Source: an uncultured delta proteobacterium (GTDB lineage: Bacteria; Myxococcota_A; UBA9160; UBA4427). Taken from it: a stretch of 64,000 nucleotides of DNA. The DNA lies in NCBI GenBank assembly GCA_963822965.1, contig CAWGJT010000013.1, positions 221,531 through 285,530 of the forward strand, written 5' to 3'. Shown here one piece after another: positions 63,956-64,000 of the stretch (position 1 is the stretch's first letter; each line of letters starts with the position of its first letter). A program made the translations under genes and the position numbers. Under the pieces are notes generated by a model. The model was given only the letters and a program-made list of their open reading frames with translations, ran no database searches and was not told the DNA's origin.

Positions 63956-64000
63956 AGCAATCTGGGCTCTGTCCTCCTTCTTGGTTCAGTTAAGGTATTA
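63956..64000. other. Probable Oxford Nanopore adapter remnant (non-genomic)
   Basis: Abrupt GC drop; AGCAAT then TGTCCTCCTTCTTGGTTCAGTTAAGGTATT, resembling the ligation adapter CCTGTACTTCGTTCAGTTACGTATTGCT (recalled from memory) and the start of its reverse complement. Confidence 0.75.

Overview
High-GC chromosomal DNA (roughly 70% by eye) from a diderm bacterium. TolC, Mla/Pqi and lipoprotein genes indicate two membranes; Myxococcota/deltaproteobacteria-like is my inference only. The window holds about 57 densely packed genes: two CaiB/BaiF CoA-transferases, an Rrf2-sufBCDSU-sufT Fe-S operon, lipid/membrane genes, puuD and a cytochrome c, proS, iclR-ilvE, rnd, pepP, acs, a cusCBA Cu/Ag efflux system, a STAND-type regulator, mddA with a methyltransferase, M23-sfsA-mutY-smr, a heterodimeric ABC exporter, ftsH, degP-like, LOG and mlaEFD-pqiC. 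I found no rRNA, tRNA, CRISPR, phage or IS. The stand-out feature is an array of ten 29-bp units (7525-7814) between the Rrf2 regulator and sufB. Each unit is a complete start-to-stop mini-ORF ([10 protein letters not shown]), nine of the ten carry an intact GGGAG Shine-Dalgarno, and each stop overlaps the next start (ATGA). This forms an unbroken translational-coupling chain from the regulator's stop codon to the sufB start. Other notable items: a Cys/His-rich leader ORF with an RLPP motif upstream of cusC, many genes with a -10 box 6-8 nt before the start codon (leaderless architecture), and a hairpin-rich 465-bp intergenic region after rnd. Two single-base frameshifts in G runs and an adapter-like last 45 bp suggest Nanopore-derived sequence.
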